The notes beneath the pieces were generated by a model. It had not been told where the DNA came from. It worked only from the letters and a program-made list of their open reading frames with translations, and did no database searches. Both the position numbers and the translations under genes were made by a program. From positions 1 through 64,000 of the forward strand of contig CAWVRN010000009.1 of NCBI GenBank assembly GCA_963932905.1: a DNA stretch of 64,000 nucleotides. The letters run 5' to 3'. This DNA comes from an uncultured Bdellovibrio sp. (GTDB taxonomy: Bacteria; Bdellovibrionota; Bdellovibrionia; Bdellovibrionales; Bdellovibrionaceae). Below are positions 18,377 through 28,229 of the stretch, in pieces (the stretch's first letter is position 1; every line of letters begins with the position of its first letter).

Positions 18377-20783
18377 TCTCTGCGACCTCTGTTGTTTTCC
18401 AAAAGTCGGCGATATCTTGCAGGATCTGAGTCGACACCGCTTCGCGGGGATCGGCTTCGTACCAATCTAAGGGCATTGACTTCGCAAAACTGGGTTGAAT
18501 GAATCGGTTATCCATCAACACGATAATACCTTGATCTTTTTCCGATCGGATCACGCGTCCTGCTGATTGGATGGCCTTAGCCATAGCGGGATAAACATAA
18601 GCAAAATCAAAACCGGCCTGGTATTGTTCTTCGTAATAACCGCGCATCGATTCGCGTTCTAAATCAAAATTGGGTAAAGGTGGTCCCACAACAAATGCAC
18701 CGATGACCATGTCGCCCGCATAATCGACGCCTTCAGAAAATACACCACCTTGAACGGCAAATAACACATATGCCGATCCCGGTTCCTTCAGCATTTCTAA
18801 CGCTTCGTCGATTTCATCGCGTTTCATGTGCCGTTCTTGTTTTAGTACGCGAAAGTCAGAGGGCGGCGTAAATAAATTGGCGACTCTTTCCATAAAATCA
18901 AAACTGGGGAAGAAAGCGATATAGTTGCCCGTTTTTAGTTTCACAATTTTGTGAATGGCATCAGCGATCTTTGGGTAATTGCGGGAGCGTTCGGAATATT
19001 TCGATGATATTTGGGGAATGATCAACAATTTGCGATTAGATTTTGGAAACGGGGAAACAAACTCAGCTGTTTTTAAATTTTGAACATTTAATCCCGACAT
19101 CTGACTGTAATAAGAAAATGGTTTTAGAGTTGCTGAAAAGCCAACGACCTGAGCGTATTCTTTATAGCAATCTTTCAGCATTTCCGAAGCATCACAGCAC
19201 GTGATACGAATAGAGGCGGGATTAGGATGATACGTCGTAAAAAATTCGGGATGATCGCCTGAAACGTATTGCAAGGCCGCCGTAAATTCTGACCAATAAA
19301 AACAAAGTCGCATCACGGGATCGCCTGGCTGAATATCTACATCAGAATTTAAATAACCTGACAAAAAGGTGCGTAGTTCCGCATCCTGAGCCAAGAAATC
19401 ATCACCAGGAGCCGGGATTTTCATCGGCGCCGTAATATTTTTCGGAGCACTGGATTTCACAACACTGATGCATTCATCAAACAGGTCATCCACTTGGCGC
19501 CGATAATTTAAAGGAATCAAATGCAAATCGGCGCGCATTTTTTCTAACGTCAAAACTGACAATGATGGCGAGTAATAGTCCATGGCTCGCGATGGTAGAT
19601 TGTGAGCTTCATCAATCACTAGATTTGGCTTACCTTCAGACACTAATCCTGAGCTAGCCAGACGACCAAATGCCGATCGGGGAGCGAATACATAATTGTA
19701 ATCACAAATCACCGTGTCCATATCCTGAGCGGCATCTAATTGTAATTCAAAGGGGCAGCATTGATGTTCTTCAGCGATCTCTTTAAAAGTTTTGCTGCTA
19801 AGACGTTTTTTTTTAGATAATTTTTCTAATAATTTATTTTCGGCCACCTTGGTGTAGTGGTCTTTGGCAAACTCGCAGTATTCAGGGTTACATAATGGTT
19901 CGTTCTTAAAACACATTTTGCTTTTCGCCGTTAGTGTCATGCCTTTGATGTTGGCTCCGTTATCTTGCAGCTTTTCAATCGCTTCTTCGGCAACGGCATG
20001 CTGACTGTTTTTCGGAGTCAGGTAAATCACTTTTTGTCCACGTGCTAAGGCTTCTTGCAACGTCGGATATAAAACGCCAACTGTTTTTCCTAAGCCCGTG
20101 GGCGCTTGCAATAACATGGGCTGATTTTCTTTCATTCCCTCTTGAATCGTTTGAATTAATTCAACCTGACCCGAACGAGGTTTCGTAAACGGAAATTGAA
20201 AATTTTCAGAGGCTTGCATTCGGCGTTTAACGCGTTTTTCGGCCAATTTCACTTCGTCGACTAATTCTAACAGGCGACGATTCATCCATGCTTCGTATTT
20301 TACAATGTCCAACTCGATATCCATATCCATCGATTCAAAATTACGTGACGAAATTAAATGCAGAGTCAGAACGGGTTTCTTTTGAGTCTGCAGCCAGTGA
20401 ATGTATCCGTAAGTTAACAGCTGCAGGCAGTAAGGATGATCAATACCGGCTTCGCGAATGCGTTTAGAGAGTTCAAAAATATTAAAACTAGATTTGATTT
20501 CTTCAATCTTAGTTTCCGATTGGTCTTCAGTGATATCAAAAATGCCGTCGATGCGGCCGCCGATATCGAAAATATAATTATCGATTTTAAATTCATGTGA
20601 AGTCATGACCTCCGCACGGTAATTCGGATGAGATTTTGCACGGGCCGATTGCACACGTTGATGAAGTTCGATCCCCATTTGTTGGCTGCGACCAAATCCT
20701 GAATAAGCATCAATACTGCCACGACGAGGTGCTGGCACTGCGAATTCAGTCAGTGGGATAGAGATCTTTTTTTGCTTAGCCAT
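18363..20783 (-). CDS. XPD/DinG-family FeS DNA helicase with N-terminal PD-(D/E)xK (Cas4/RecB-like) nuclease domain
   Basis: GIELH...GRIDG...EEIKS...QL..Y; APTGLGKT; four FeS Cys; DEAH; QSAGRVIR. Confidence 0.9.
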   Translation of the reverse strand: MAKQKKISIPLTEFAVPAPRRGSIDAYSGFGRSQQMGIELHQRVQSARAKSHPNYRAEVMTSHEFKIDNYIFDIGGRIDGIFDITEDQSETKIEEIKSSFNIFELSKRIREAGIDHPYCLQLLTYGYIHWLQTQKKPVLTLHLISSRNFESMDMDIELDIVKYEAWMNRRLLELVDEVKLAEKRVKRRMQASENFQFPFTKPRSGQVELIQTIQEGMKENQPMLLQAPTGLGKTVGVLYPTLQEALARGQKVIYLTPKNSQHAVAEEAIEKLQDNGANIKGMTLTAKSKMCFKNEPLCNPEYCEFAKDHYTKVAENKLLEKLSKKKRLSSKTFKEIAEEHQCCPFELQLDAAQDMDTVICDYNYVFAPRSAFGRLASSGLVSEGKPNLVIDEAHNLPSRAMDYYSPSLSVLTLEKMRADLHLIPLNYRRQVDDLFDECISVVKSSAPKNITAPMKIPAPGDDFLAQDAELRTFLSGYLNSDVDIQPGDPVMRLCFYWSEFTAALQYVSGDHPEFFTTYHPNPASIRITCCDASEMLKDCYKEYAQVVGFSATLKPFSYYSQMSGLNVQNLKTAEFVSPFPKSNRKLLIIPQISSKYSERSRNYPKIADAIHKIVKLKTGNYIAFFPSFDFMERVANLFTPPSDFRVLKQERHMKRDEIDEALEMLKEPGSAYVLFAVQGGVFSEGVDYAGDMVIGAFVVGPPLPNFDLERESMRGYYEEQYQAGFDFAYVYPAMAKAIQSAGRVIRSEKDQGIIVLMDNRFIQPSFAKSMPLDWYEADPREAVSTQILQDIADFWKTTEVAETDFC

Positions 20784-21775
20784 TAAAATAAACTCAGTTG
20801 ATCGGGATTTTCAGGGAATAAATCACTATCGGGAAATGCAGCGATGCCCAGTGTGTTTAGATGTTTAACTAAAGCACCTTTGCCACGATGTTGAACGAAA
20901 ACTTTTTTGGCTTTGGATTCCACAATCGTTTGTACCAAATCATTCCAGTCAGCGTGGTCCGACATCACAAAACCATGATCGAAATTTCCGCCACGTTGTG
21001 CTGTCCAGCCCGAAGCAAATGCAGTTAGATATTTTTTTCCTAGTATATCCACCTGTTCAGAATTCATAAACGATTGCGGTACTATAAATAATTCCCCAGT
21101 TAACACACGGTCCTGTTCAACGCGACTTAAACAACGGGTTGGTGCCATCGGCACGCCATGGGCGCGATAGCATTCATTGATTTCTGTGGCCGAAGAATGA
21201 CAGTAGATCGGTTTCGACGTCAGTGGGAATAATTCACCTAAAATTCGCTGTGTTTTTCCCAGCGAGTAAGCAAAGATCACACTGTTGAATCCTCGGCTAG
21301 CATTTTGATTCCACCAGTTTAGAATTTCTTGGCCCAGATCGACACTTTTATTCCAAGTAAAACTAGGCGTTCCAAACGTGGCTTCTGTGACAAACACGTC
21401 ACACGTTACAGTTTCAAAAGGCTCGCACGTAGGATCTTTTTCGCGTTTGTAATCACCCGAGGCCACCCAAACTTCGCCATTAAGTTCCATACGAACTTGT
21501 GACGAACCTAAAATATGGCCTGCGGGATGGAAGGAAATGGGAACGCCATTGATTTCAAAAACTTCACCGTAAGCAAATTCAGCGACTGAAATATTTTTTC
21601 CAATGCGGGATTTTAAAAGTGAGACTCCTGAATCCACACAGTAATACTGCTTACTGCCTTTGCGAGCATGATCGGAATGCGCGTGCGTAATCACCGCGTG
21701 ATCAACGGCACGAGAAGGATCAATGTAAAATTGGCCGGCAGGACAATAGAGGCCTTTTGTGGTCATAATAAGCAT
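20783..21775 (-). CDS. MBL-fold/beta-CASP ligase-associated DNA damage response exonuclease
   Basis: GLYCPAG.FYIDP, THAHSDH, AGHILGS, GDYK, EATFG, SDHADW. Start 21775 or 21766. Confidence 0.9.
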   Translation of the reverse strand: MLIMTTKGLYCPAGQFYIDPSRAVDHAVITHAHSDHARKGSKQYYCVDSGVSLLKSRIGKNISVAEFAYGEVFEINGVPISFHPAGHILGSSQVRMELNGEVWVASGDYKREKDPTCEPFETVTCDVFVTEATFGTPSFTWNKSVDLGQEILNWWNQNASRGFNSVIFAYSLGKTQRILGELFPLTSKPIYCHSSATEINECYRAHGVPMAPTRCLSRVEQDRVLTGELFIVPQSFMNSEQVDILGKKYLTAFASGWTAQRGGNFDHGFVMSDHADWNDLVQTIVESKAKKVFVQHRGKGALVKHLNTLGIAAFPDSDLFPENPDQLSLF

Positions 21776-21990
21776 GAAGGGCTTCAGTTTAGGAAAAAAT
21801 TGAAGGGGAGTCAGCACAGATCTTGAAAATTGTGCTATTTGACCAAAGTGGCTAGTGGACACTGAACAAAGTTGGTCCTTTTCTAATTCGAAGCCACACC
21901 GAATTTTAATTTTCTGCACTGTGTTTTTAGAGTTCTAAGTTGACCCCGATACCCCTTTCGATTTTTATGGCCACCTCGGAGGGTCCTTTA

Positions 21991-23433
21991 ATGAAATTTT
22001 CAACAAAACTACTTTTATCATTAGTAGCCACATTGATCACAGCGCACGCGTTCGCACAAAGCACTCAGCGTTTTGAAATGATGGTTTACTTAAAAGCACA
22101 ACCTAATTTTGCTCGTCTTAACATGGTTGTTGATCGCGCGTACCGTGCTAAATCCATTTACGCCGATCTTGTGACGAACACTCGTCAATCTCAGTCTGCG
22201 ATTTGGCAAGCTCTACAACAACGTGGCTACCAATACCAAAGTTTCTACATCAACAATTCTATCCTAGTTAGAAATGCAGATGCTCAATTAGCAGCTGAAT
22301 TTCAAAAACACCCGGCAGTTAGAAAAGTCACTTACAATACACCATTCAGAATGAAACCAATCGGTAACTTACGCGAACCAACTCCGCCAGCAATCAATGG
22401 CGTTGAGCAAAGCCTAATCGCAATCCAAGCCGATAAAGTTTGGGCGATGGGTGCTCAAGGGCAAGGTATCGTCGTTGCGGGCCAAGACACTGGCGTTCAG
22501 TGGGATCACCCAGCGTTAGTTCGTCAGTACCGTGGTAACACAGGTCGTGGCGTGAGCCATGATTACAACTGGCACGATGCTATTCACAAACAAACATCTC
22601 GTAACGTACGCAATAAATGCGGTTACAATTCAAAAGTTCCTTGCGATGACCAAGGTCACGGAACGCACACTATTGCCACTGTTGCTGGTAGCGATGGCGC
22701 CAACAATAAAGTCGGCGTAGCTCCGGCAGCACGCTGGATTGCATGCCGTAACATGGACGCTGGTGTTGGCACAGTGGCGACTTACACTGAATGTTTCCAA
22801 TTCTTCTTTGCACCCTATCCATTCGGTGGTGACCCACAAAAAGATGGTAAACCAGAGTATGCTCCTCACGTAATGAACAACTCTTGGGGTTGCACGCGTT
22901 CTGAAGGTTGTACGGGCGATGAATTCACTGAAGTTCTAAAAGTCATGTACCAAGCGGGCATCATGGTTGTTGCGAGTGCTGGTAACGAAGGCCCAGGGTG
23001 TTCAACAATTGCAGATCCACCAGCGAATCATTCTGATCTGACGTTCTCAGTAGGTGCTACAAACAATTCAATGAAAATTGCATCGTTCTCTAGCCGTGGT
23101 CCATCAGCTTTAGATGGTAAAGTAGGTCCTGATATTTCTGCTCCGGGTGTTAACGTCCGTTCCGCAGTTCCAGGAAATGGCTACCAATCTATGAGCGGAA
23201 CATCAATGGCGGGACCTCACATGGTGGGTGTCGTTGCATTGTTGTGGTCAGCGAATAAAAACTACGTAGGTCGTATTGCTGAAACGGCTACTGTATTGAC
23301 TAAGACGGCTAAGCCGATAACTGCGGGCGAAAACTGCGGTGATTTAGCAGGAAATTCAATTCCTAATAATACATATGGATACGGATTCGTTGATGCTTTG
23401 GCAGCGGTTAAAGCGGCGGCTGGGCTTCGATAG
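21991..23433 (+). CDS. Secreted S8 subtilisin-like protease (bacillopeptidase F-like)
   Basis: QDTG, HGTHT, GTSMAGPH triad; signal peptide plus prodomain; GGAGG RBS before ATG 21991. Confidence 0.93.
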   Translation: MKFSTKLLLSLVATLITAHAFAQSTQRFEMMVYLKAQPNFARLNMVVDRAYRAKSIYADLVTNTRQSQSAIWQALQQRGYQYQSFYINNSILVRNADAQLAAEFQKHPAVRKVTYNTPFRMKPIGNLREPTPPAINGVEQSLIAIQADKVWAMGAQGQGIVVAGQDTGVQWDHPALVRQYRGNTGRGVSHDYNWHDAIHKQTSRNVRNKCGYNSKVPCDDQGHGTHTIATVAGSDGANNKVGVAPAARWIACRNMDAGVGTVATYTECFQFFFAPYPFGGDPQKDGKPEYAPHVMNNSWGCTRSEGCTGDEFTEVLKVMYQAGIMVVASAGNEGPGCSTIADPPANHSDLTFSVGATNNSMKIASFSSRGPSALDGKVGPDISAPGVNVRSAVPGNGYQSMSGTSMAGPHMVGVVALLWSANKNYVGRIAETATVLTKTAKPITAGENCGDLAGNSIPNNTYGYGFVDALAAVKAAAGLR

Positions 23434-23460
23434 TCTTTTTATATTTTGACGTTTTGAGGG

Positions 23461-23490
23461 AGCAGGAGTGATGAACTCCTGCTTTTTTTT
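23461..23490 (+). terminator. Rho-independent terminator
   Basis: AGCAGGAGT / ACTCCTGCT followed by a T run. Confidence 0.8.
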
Positions 23491-23539
23491 GCCTTTTAGG
23501 CTGGTTTTTCAAACAGAGATCGTTCCGTCAGCCGCAGCC

Positions 23540-23567
23540 GTGTTTCAAGTTCTGAAACACTGTTTCA
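23540..23567. promoter_or_regulatory. Three alternating TGTTTCA/TGAAACA half-sites upstream of the DUF4423 regulator
   Basis: GTGTTTCA-agttc-TGAAACA-c-TGTTTCA. Confidence 0.55.
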
Positions 23568-23611
23568 AAATTCTACTAGCCAATCCGAAACACCTACGCT
23601 ATCTTCCCGGT

Positions 23612-24382
23612 ATGAGCTTAACTTCCGACTTCCTAAAAACCGAATTTGAAAAAAGGCGATCAAAGAATCCTAATTTCTCTGTACGCTCATTCGCAAGATG
23701 GCTCGAACTAAGCCCCGCACAAGTCTCGCAAGTGATGTCGGGTAAACGTCCGCTTACTTTAAAAGCGTTAGAGAAAATAAACAGAAAGCTCGATATTTCT
23801 CCATTTGAAAAACAAACCTTGGTCGATTCCCTCGTCAGTGCTTCGGCGAAGAAATCAACCGAGATCGTCAGTGAAGAAAAAGTTTCGTTCCGCACGTTAT
23901 CAGAAGATCAGTTCAAGTTAATGGCGGACTGGTATCACGTGGCCATTTTAAGTCTGACTCGACTGCCCGGAGCCAAAGGGGATCCGCGCTGGATTGCTCG
24001 TAAATTAAATATTTCAGTGGAAGATGCGAATCAAGCGCTGCAACGTTTGCAGCGCTTGAACATTGTTTCTGTAGCGCCAAAATTTCAACAGATCGGCGAT
24101 CCGTTAAAAGTCATCTCTGAAATCCCGTCAGCGGCGATTCGTCGTTATCACAAGCAAAACCTGGCTTTAGCATCTGAAAAAGTCGATACGATCGATAATT
24201 CCATGAAGAATTTTGAATCGATGTCGATTGCAATTAATACTAAAGATATTCCGCAGCTTAAAAATCATATCGATCGTTTCTTAAACCAAATTCAGAAATT
24301 TTCTGACAAATCTAAACCAAATCATATTTATCATTTTAATTTACAATTATTTCCAGTGACTACGTTCGAGGAGCTACCATGA
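23612..24382 (+). CDS. TIGR02147/DUF4423 family protein with N-terminal HTH
   Basis: RRSKNPNFSVRSFARWL, WYHVAIL, IRRYH.Q.L, Y.FNLQLFP. Start ATG 23612. Confidence 0.88.
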   Translation: MSLTSDFLKTEFEKRRSKNPNFSVRSFARWLELSPAQVSQVMSGKRPLTLKALEKINRKLDISPFEKQTLVDSLVSASAKKSTEIVSEEKVSFRTLSEDQFKLMADWYHVAILSLTRLPGAKGDPRWIARKLNISVEDANQALQRLQRLNIVSVAPKFQQIGDPLKVISEIPSAAIRRYHKQNLALASEKVDTIDNSMKNFESMSIAINTKDIPQLKNHIDRFLNQIQKFSDKSKPNHIYHFNLQLFPVTTFEELP

Positions 24383-25044
24383 AGAATTTAATTTTATCCA
24401 TTTTGTTTGTGGCCCTATTGACCAGCTGTGCGTCCAAACACCCTGGCAATTATGGTAAACCGATTGGTGATAAAAAAGCGATCGCTATTATCGTCAGCGG
24501 CAAAACCGTCGATTCAAAGCCAGATAGTCCGTTTCAACAAATTGAACTAACAATTGAAAATGCATCGGCCGATTGGGTTCGCATTTCACGAGCTGAGGTT
24601 GTCAACGATGATCCCGGTAAATCCAAAATCAGCGTTGTCGTTGGCAATGATTTGCAATCTTGGACGGAAGCAAAAAGTTACGAGCAAACATTGAAAGATC
24701 AAAATGAAGCTATGGCGGCTGCTGGTATCGCCGCAGCAGGAGCTGCTGTAGCGATAGGTGGGGCTTCTGGTAAAAATTCGGGTGCAACCAGTGCCGGGCT
24801 TGCTACCATGGTCGGTGCGGCGGCGTATTCTGATGCAAAAGCGATCGGGAAATTTAAAACCGATACAGAGCGTGCATTGAAAGTTCCCGGACATCATTTG
24901 TACACTCCTTTTTCCATTCCGGGAAAGATGTTTCTTAGGAAATGGTTATTGATGAATAAACCTGTGGGTGCAATGATCGACAACTTAGTAGTGGAGTTTG
25001 AAACCGTGGAAGGCGTAAAGGAATCCTATGTTATCAAAATCTAG
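24379..25044 (+). CDS. Lipoprotein, unknown function (Gly/Ala-rich hairpin)
   Basis: Lipobox LLTSC; ATGA overlap with the regulator; GAGGAG RBS. Confidence 0.75.
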   Translation: MKNLILSILFVALLTSCASKHPGNYGKPIGDKKAIAIIVSGKTVDSKPDSPFQQIELTIENASADWVRISRAEVVNDDPGKSKISVVVGNDLQSWTEAKSYEQTLKDQNEAMAAAGIAAAGAAVAIGGASGKNSGATSAGLATMVGAAAYSDAKAIGKFKTDTERALKVPGHHLYTPFSIPGKMFLRKWLLMNKPVGAMIDNLVVEFETVEGVKESYVIKI

Positions 25045-25648
25045 TTTTATAATCGTCAGTCTATTGGTAATCAGCGTCGCCTGGGCGAATCGTATCGGCA
25101 ATGGTGGTAACGTTGTTGTTTGTAATGACATGATTCAGGTTTTAGATTTTTATGAAGCAGAGACAGCTTCCAAATTTCCAACTGATAGCGAAAAAATGGA
25201 CTACAAAGCCATTGCGGACGAAGTCTTTAAACGCTTGAAGCCGATTTCTAAAAAACTCGGTAAACAATATAAAGATCGACTTGGTTCCATCATTCAAGAA
25301 ATTGATTTCAAAGAGGGCGTGGCTTTAACCGACGTGAAAGATTCTCTATTCACATTTAAGCCCGAAGATAAAAACTGTGAAGTACAGCAGATTGCGATTC
25401 GCAAAGACATATCTTTACCAAATGAAAAGCGATTTGTGATTGATAAAAAACTTTGGGATCGACTCGATTCAAAAAACAAGTCGGCATTGATCGTCCATGA
25501 AATTATATACGAGCATTTAAATAAGCTCGGTGAGACCACATCTGTGAAGGCACGCAAGATTGTGGCCTACCTTTATAGTGATCAAATCACGAGCAAAGAG
25601 TTTTGGAATATCATTAAGTCTTTAAAACTGCCGATATATCCTGATTAA
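25028..25648 (+). CDS. Secreted hypothetical protein (GNGG N-terminal motif)
   Basis: Signal peptide then RIGNGGNVVVC; ALIVHEIIY motif; overlaps upstream gene. Confidence 0.75.
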   Translation: MLSKSSFIIVSLLVISVAWANRIGNGGNVVVCNDMIQVLDFYEAETASKFPTDSEKMDYKAIADEVFKRLKPISKKLGKQYKDRLGSIIQEIDFKEGVALTDVKDSLFTFKPEDKNCEVQQIAIRKDISLPNEKRFVIDKKLWDRLDSKNKSALIVHEIIYEHLNKLGETTSVKARKIVAYLYSDQITSKEFWNIIKSLKLPIYPD

Positions 25649-25737
25649 CTGCGTCGGTTCCAGGCAAAACCTGGGACTTTCGTTGCCCAATCCAAATAGA
25701 AACTATAGATTAAGGGCGCTTTCACAAAGGAGCGCCC

Positions 25738-26313
25738 ATGATTCAAGAACAAGCTTTAGTTCCTCAAATATTAAATCAACGTGGTAACAAAGTTCTGGAA
25801 AACAGCTTATCGATTGTATGCGGTGTTGTTTTACTAAGTTTACTAGCTCAAATTGCGATTCCATTGCCTTGGACTCCGGTTCCAGTCACAGGCCAAACAT
25901 TTGGAGTGGCACTGACAGCATTGTTATGGGGGCGTAAACGCGGGCTTGCAGTTGTGTTGTCTTACCTAGCTGTCGGGGCTTTAGGTTTACCCGTATTTGC
26001 GATGGCTAAAGCCGGTTTGTCGGTGGGCCCAACGTTTGGATATTTGATCGGTATGGCAGTCGCGTCTTATTGGATGGGATTTTTGTCAGACGCAGGTTGG
26101 ACGAAATCACTATTTAGAACTTGGTTAGCTGCGGTTTCTGGAAGCGTGATCACGTTCGCATTTGGAGTGTTAGTTCTATCTATCTTTGTTCCAACTAAGG
26201 CATTATTAGTTTCTGGCGTTCTTCCATTTTTACCAGGGGATGCGATCAAAACGTTACTCGTTACATTCGTCGTATTTCAAACTCAACGTTCGGCTCAAAA
26301 TAAACTAAAATAA
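25738..26313 (+). CDS. bioY: Biotin transporter BioY
   Basis: TPVPVTGQTFGV, GLPVFA, GPTFGYLIG, PFLPGDAIK. Confidence 0.93.
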   Translation: MIQEQALVPQILNQRGNKVLENSLSIVCGVVLLSLLAQIAIPLPWTPVPVTGQTFGVALTALLWGRKRGLAVVLSYLAVGALGLPVFAMAKAGLSVGPTFGYLIGMAVASYWMGFLSDAGWTKSLFRTWLAAVSGSVITFAFGVLVLSIFVPTKALLVSGVLPFLPGDAIKTLLVTFVVFQTQRSAQNKLK

Positions 26314-26880
26314 AAATCCAGTGAACGTCACACTCAAGTTATCGCCATTGACCACTTTATCAAATGCGGTCAGGCGATAATTCATCGAGGTGTGACGAAG
26401 TCCTATAGACATCATTTCATTCGTTTCCGTGACCCATAATTTTTCTGCAGCTAAAACAAATCCCCAAGCGTTCTCGACACTAGTTGAAGCCGAAGCATTC
26501 GTTCCTTTGGCGTTGATACTGCTATTTATGTGACATGTGGAACCCCAGCCTAGTCGAAAATTTTCGATCGTGTTTTTATAAAAATAGATGGCTTCAATGG
26601 GAACACGCGACCATGACACCGAACTGTCTTGTTCCCGCGCATCGTTTTGAAATAGGTATCCGATACCCAATTGAGCTTCAAAATGGTGAGGTACGGTTGG
26701 CGAAACGGTAATAATTTTTCCCAACATGAAAAACAGTCCAGAGCCTGCGTGCGTTCTGTAATTTTGTCCACCCGATGCGGACGATAGTGAATCGCCGCCG
26801 TCACCATAACCAAACGTTAAAAAACCACTGGATGCTAAGGCGGCGTTAGTAAGTAGCAGTAGTGCGAGCTTGTACATCAC
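26305..26880 (-). CDS. Outer-membrane beta-barrel-like protein
   Basis: Signal peptide, alternating beta pattern, C-terminal Phe; ATGA overlap with upstream gene. Confidence 0.65.
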   Translation of the reverse strand: MMYKLALLLLTNAALASSGFLTFGYGDGGDSLSSASGGQNYRTHAGSGLFFMLGKIITVSPTVPHHFEAQLGIGYLFQNDAREQDSSVSWSRVPIEAIYFYKNTIENFRLGWGSTCHINSSINAKGTNASASTSVENAWGFVLAAEKLWVTETNEMMSIGLRHTSMNYRLTAFDKVVNGDNLSVTFTGFLF

Positions 26881-27617
26881 AGCTTAGTACCTTTAATCAT
26901 TTTAGTTAGTTCACCTTTAAGCTGGATAAGAGACGATGTCTTAGCATCATTAATTAATTCTTTGTCTGGCTTGCCAAATGCGGCAACATAGGTTTTGTTT
27001 GTGGTGGCTTCGGCTTCGGCCGTCAAATATAAAAATTCGTTACGTACGTCCCACAGAGCCGCGCTAGTAACAAACAGCGTGTCGACTTCAGAACCAGGAA
27101 TAAATAACGCTGGCAGTGTCAGCGCATACGTCCATCCTAGCTTATTGATATAGCGATCCGTTTGACCGGCACCACTGATAACGAGCAGTGCATCGGCCTG
27201 GTGTTTTGCAGCGGCCAGTCGCAATGATTTTAAATCTTCATCAACTACTAATGAATTCATAAGGGGAAATACATCCGACACAACGCCATCTTTTTTTAAA
27301 TCGGCAGCAATCGTTTCAAGCATCGCTTTGTCTTGTTCTGTCCAGCGCCAATCGACGCTGGACAGTTTACTTTGACTACCGAGGGATGACGGGGAGGGGG
27401 ATTTAAAATAGACGGCTAACTTAAATGATTTCGGTAAATTTGGTTTTTTGTTAAACGCGTCTTTAATTTCGGAATTGTTGAATTCTGGTTTTGTAACGGA
27501 AATTTGTTCCTTCAAATCACCGCGGTTAAAACCTTTGCTAGCACAAGACAATTGTATAAGTAGAAGAAATCCAACAGTAAATCGTTTGTAAGTTATAGAC
27601 GTAAGCAGCATAGACAT
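26877..27617 (-). CDS. Lipoprotein (resembles rhombotarget-lipoprotein-like family)
   Basis: Lipobox QLSC; LRLAAA...DALLV and FIPG...AALWDVRN motifs. Confidence 0.65.
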   Translation of the reverse strand: MSMLLTSITYKRFTVGFLLLIQLSCASKGFNRGDLKEQISVTKPEFNNSEIKDAFNKKPNLPKSFKLAVYFKSPSPSSLGSQSKLSSVDWRWTEQDKAMLETIAADLKKDGVVSDVFPLMNSLVVDEDLKSLRLAAAKHQADALLVISGAGQTDRYINKLGWTYALTLPALFIPGSEVDTLFVTSAALWDVRNEFLYLTAEAEATTNKTYVAAFGKPDKELINDAKTSSLIQLKGELTKMIKGTKL

Positions 27618-27765
27618 AAACACCTCGTAGTTATTGGTTCATGCTATCGCGCGTGAAAAATTCTGTCCAAAGAACGGTCTGGGGTATTTTGTCTTTTGAA
27701 ACACTTTATGATGACTAAAATGCCCCATTTAAAAGAAAAAACGGCGTGTATCAAGGATTAAGCGC

Positions 27766-27781
27766 AGGCACCCTTATTGCT
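27766..27781 (+). promoter_or_regulatory. Sigma-54 -24/-12 promoter of the csbD stress cluster
   Basis: AGGCACCCTTATTGCT = GG-N10-GC, close to TGGCAC-N5-TTGCW; about 90 nt before csbD. Confidence 0.7.
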
Positions 27782-27869
27782 TTGTTAGCCCTCATGAAGA
27801 TACAGAAGTAATGTCGCTGCGAAAGCGGCGACTGAAACTTTGTGCACAAAAACAATAAAGGAGTCAGCA

Positions 27870-28163
27870 ATGAATCAAGATGTAATCCAAGGTAAATGGA
27901 ACGAAATCAAAGGCGAAATTAGAAAAGCTTGGGGTAATGTAACTGGCGACGAGCTAGAGCAAACTAAAGGCAACCTAGATTCAATCTCTGGCATTATTCA
28001 GCAAAAATATGGACAACGCAAAGAAGATGTATCTGAAAAATTAAAAACAATCGTTGGTCGTTTTCAACAAAAAGCGGAATCAAAATATGAAGAATTAAAA
28101 GACGCGGCAGTTAAAAAAACGGACGAATTCAAACAAGATCTTCGCGATAAAAAAAGTCATTAA
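27870..28163 (+). CDS. CsbD family stress protein
   Basis: MNQDVIQGKWNEIKGEIRKAWG..T; AAGGAG RBS. Confidence 0.9.
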   Translation: MNQDVIQGKWNEIKGEIRKAWGNVTGDELEQTKGNLDSISGIIQQKYGQRKEDVSEKLKTIVGRFQQKAESKYEELKDAAVKKTDEFKQDLRDKKSH

Positions 28164-28229
28164 TTGGACGATCCTTTAGGGCATCTAACTCTGTGGATCT
28201 TCGTCTAATCAATTAGACAGAAAGGATTT

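Noticed and set aside
18363..20783. Cas4-like plus DinG read as a type IV CRISPR component
   Set aside because: No cas genes or repeat-spacer array in the window; the architecture fits stand-alone nuclease-XPD helicases.
21780..21990. SOS box upstream of the exonuclease-helicase operon
   Set aside because: No GTTC-N7-GTTC or GAAC-N7-GAAC match was found by eye.
27813..27832. GAAA-tetraloop hairpin as a c-di-GMP riboswitch
   Set aside because: The conserved flanking motifs and second stem of class I/II aptamers were not found.
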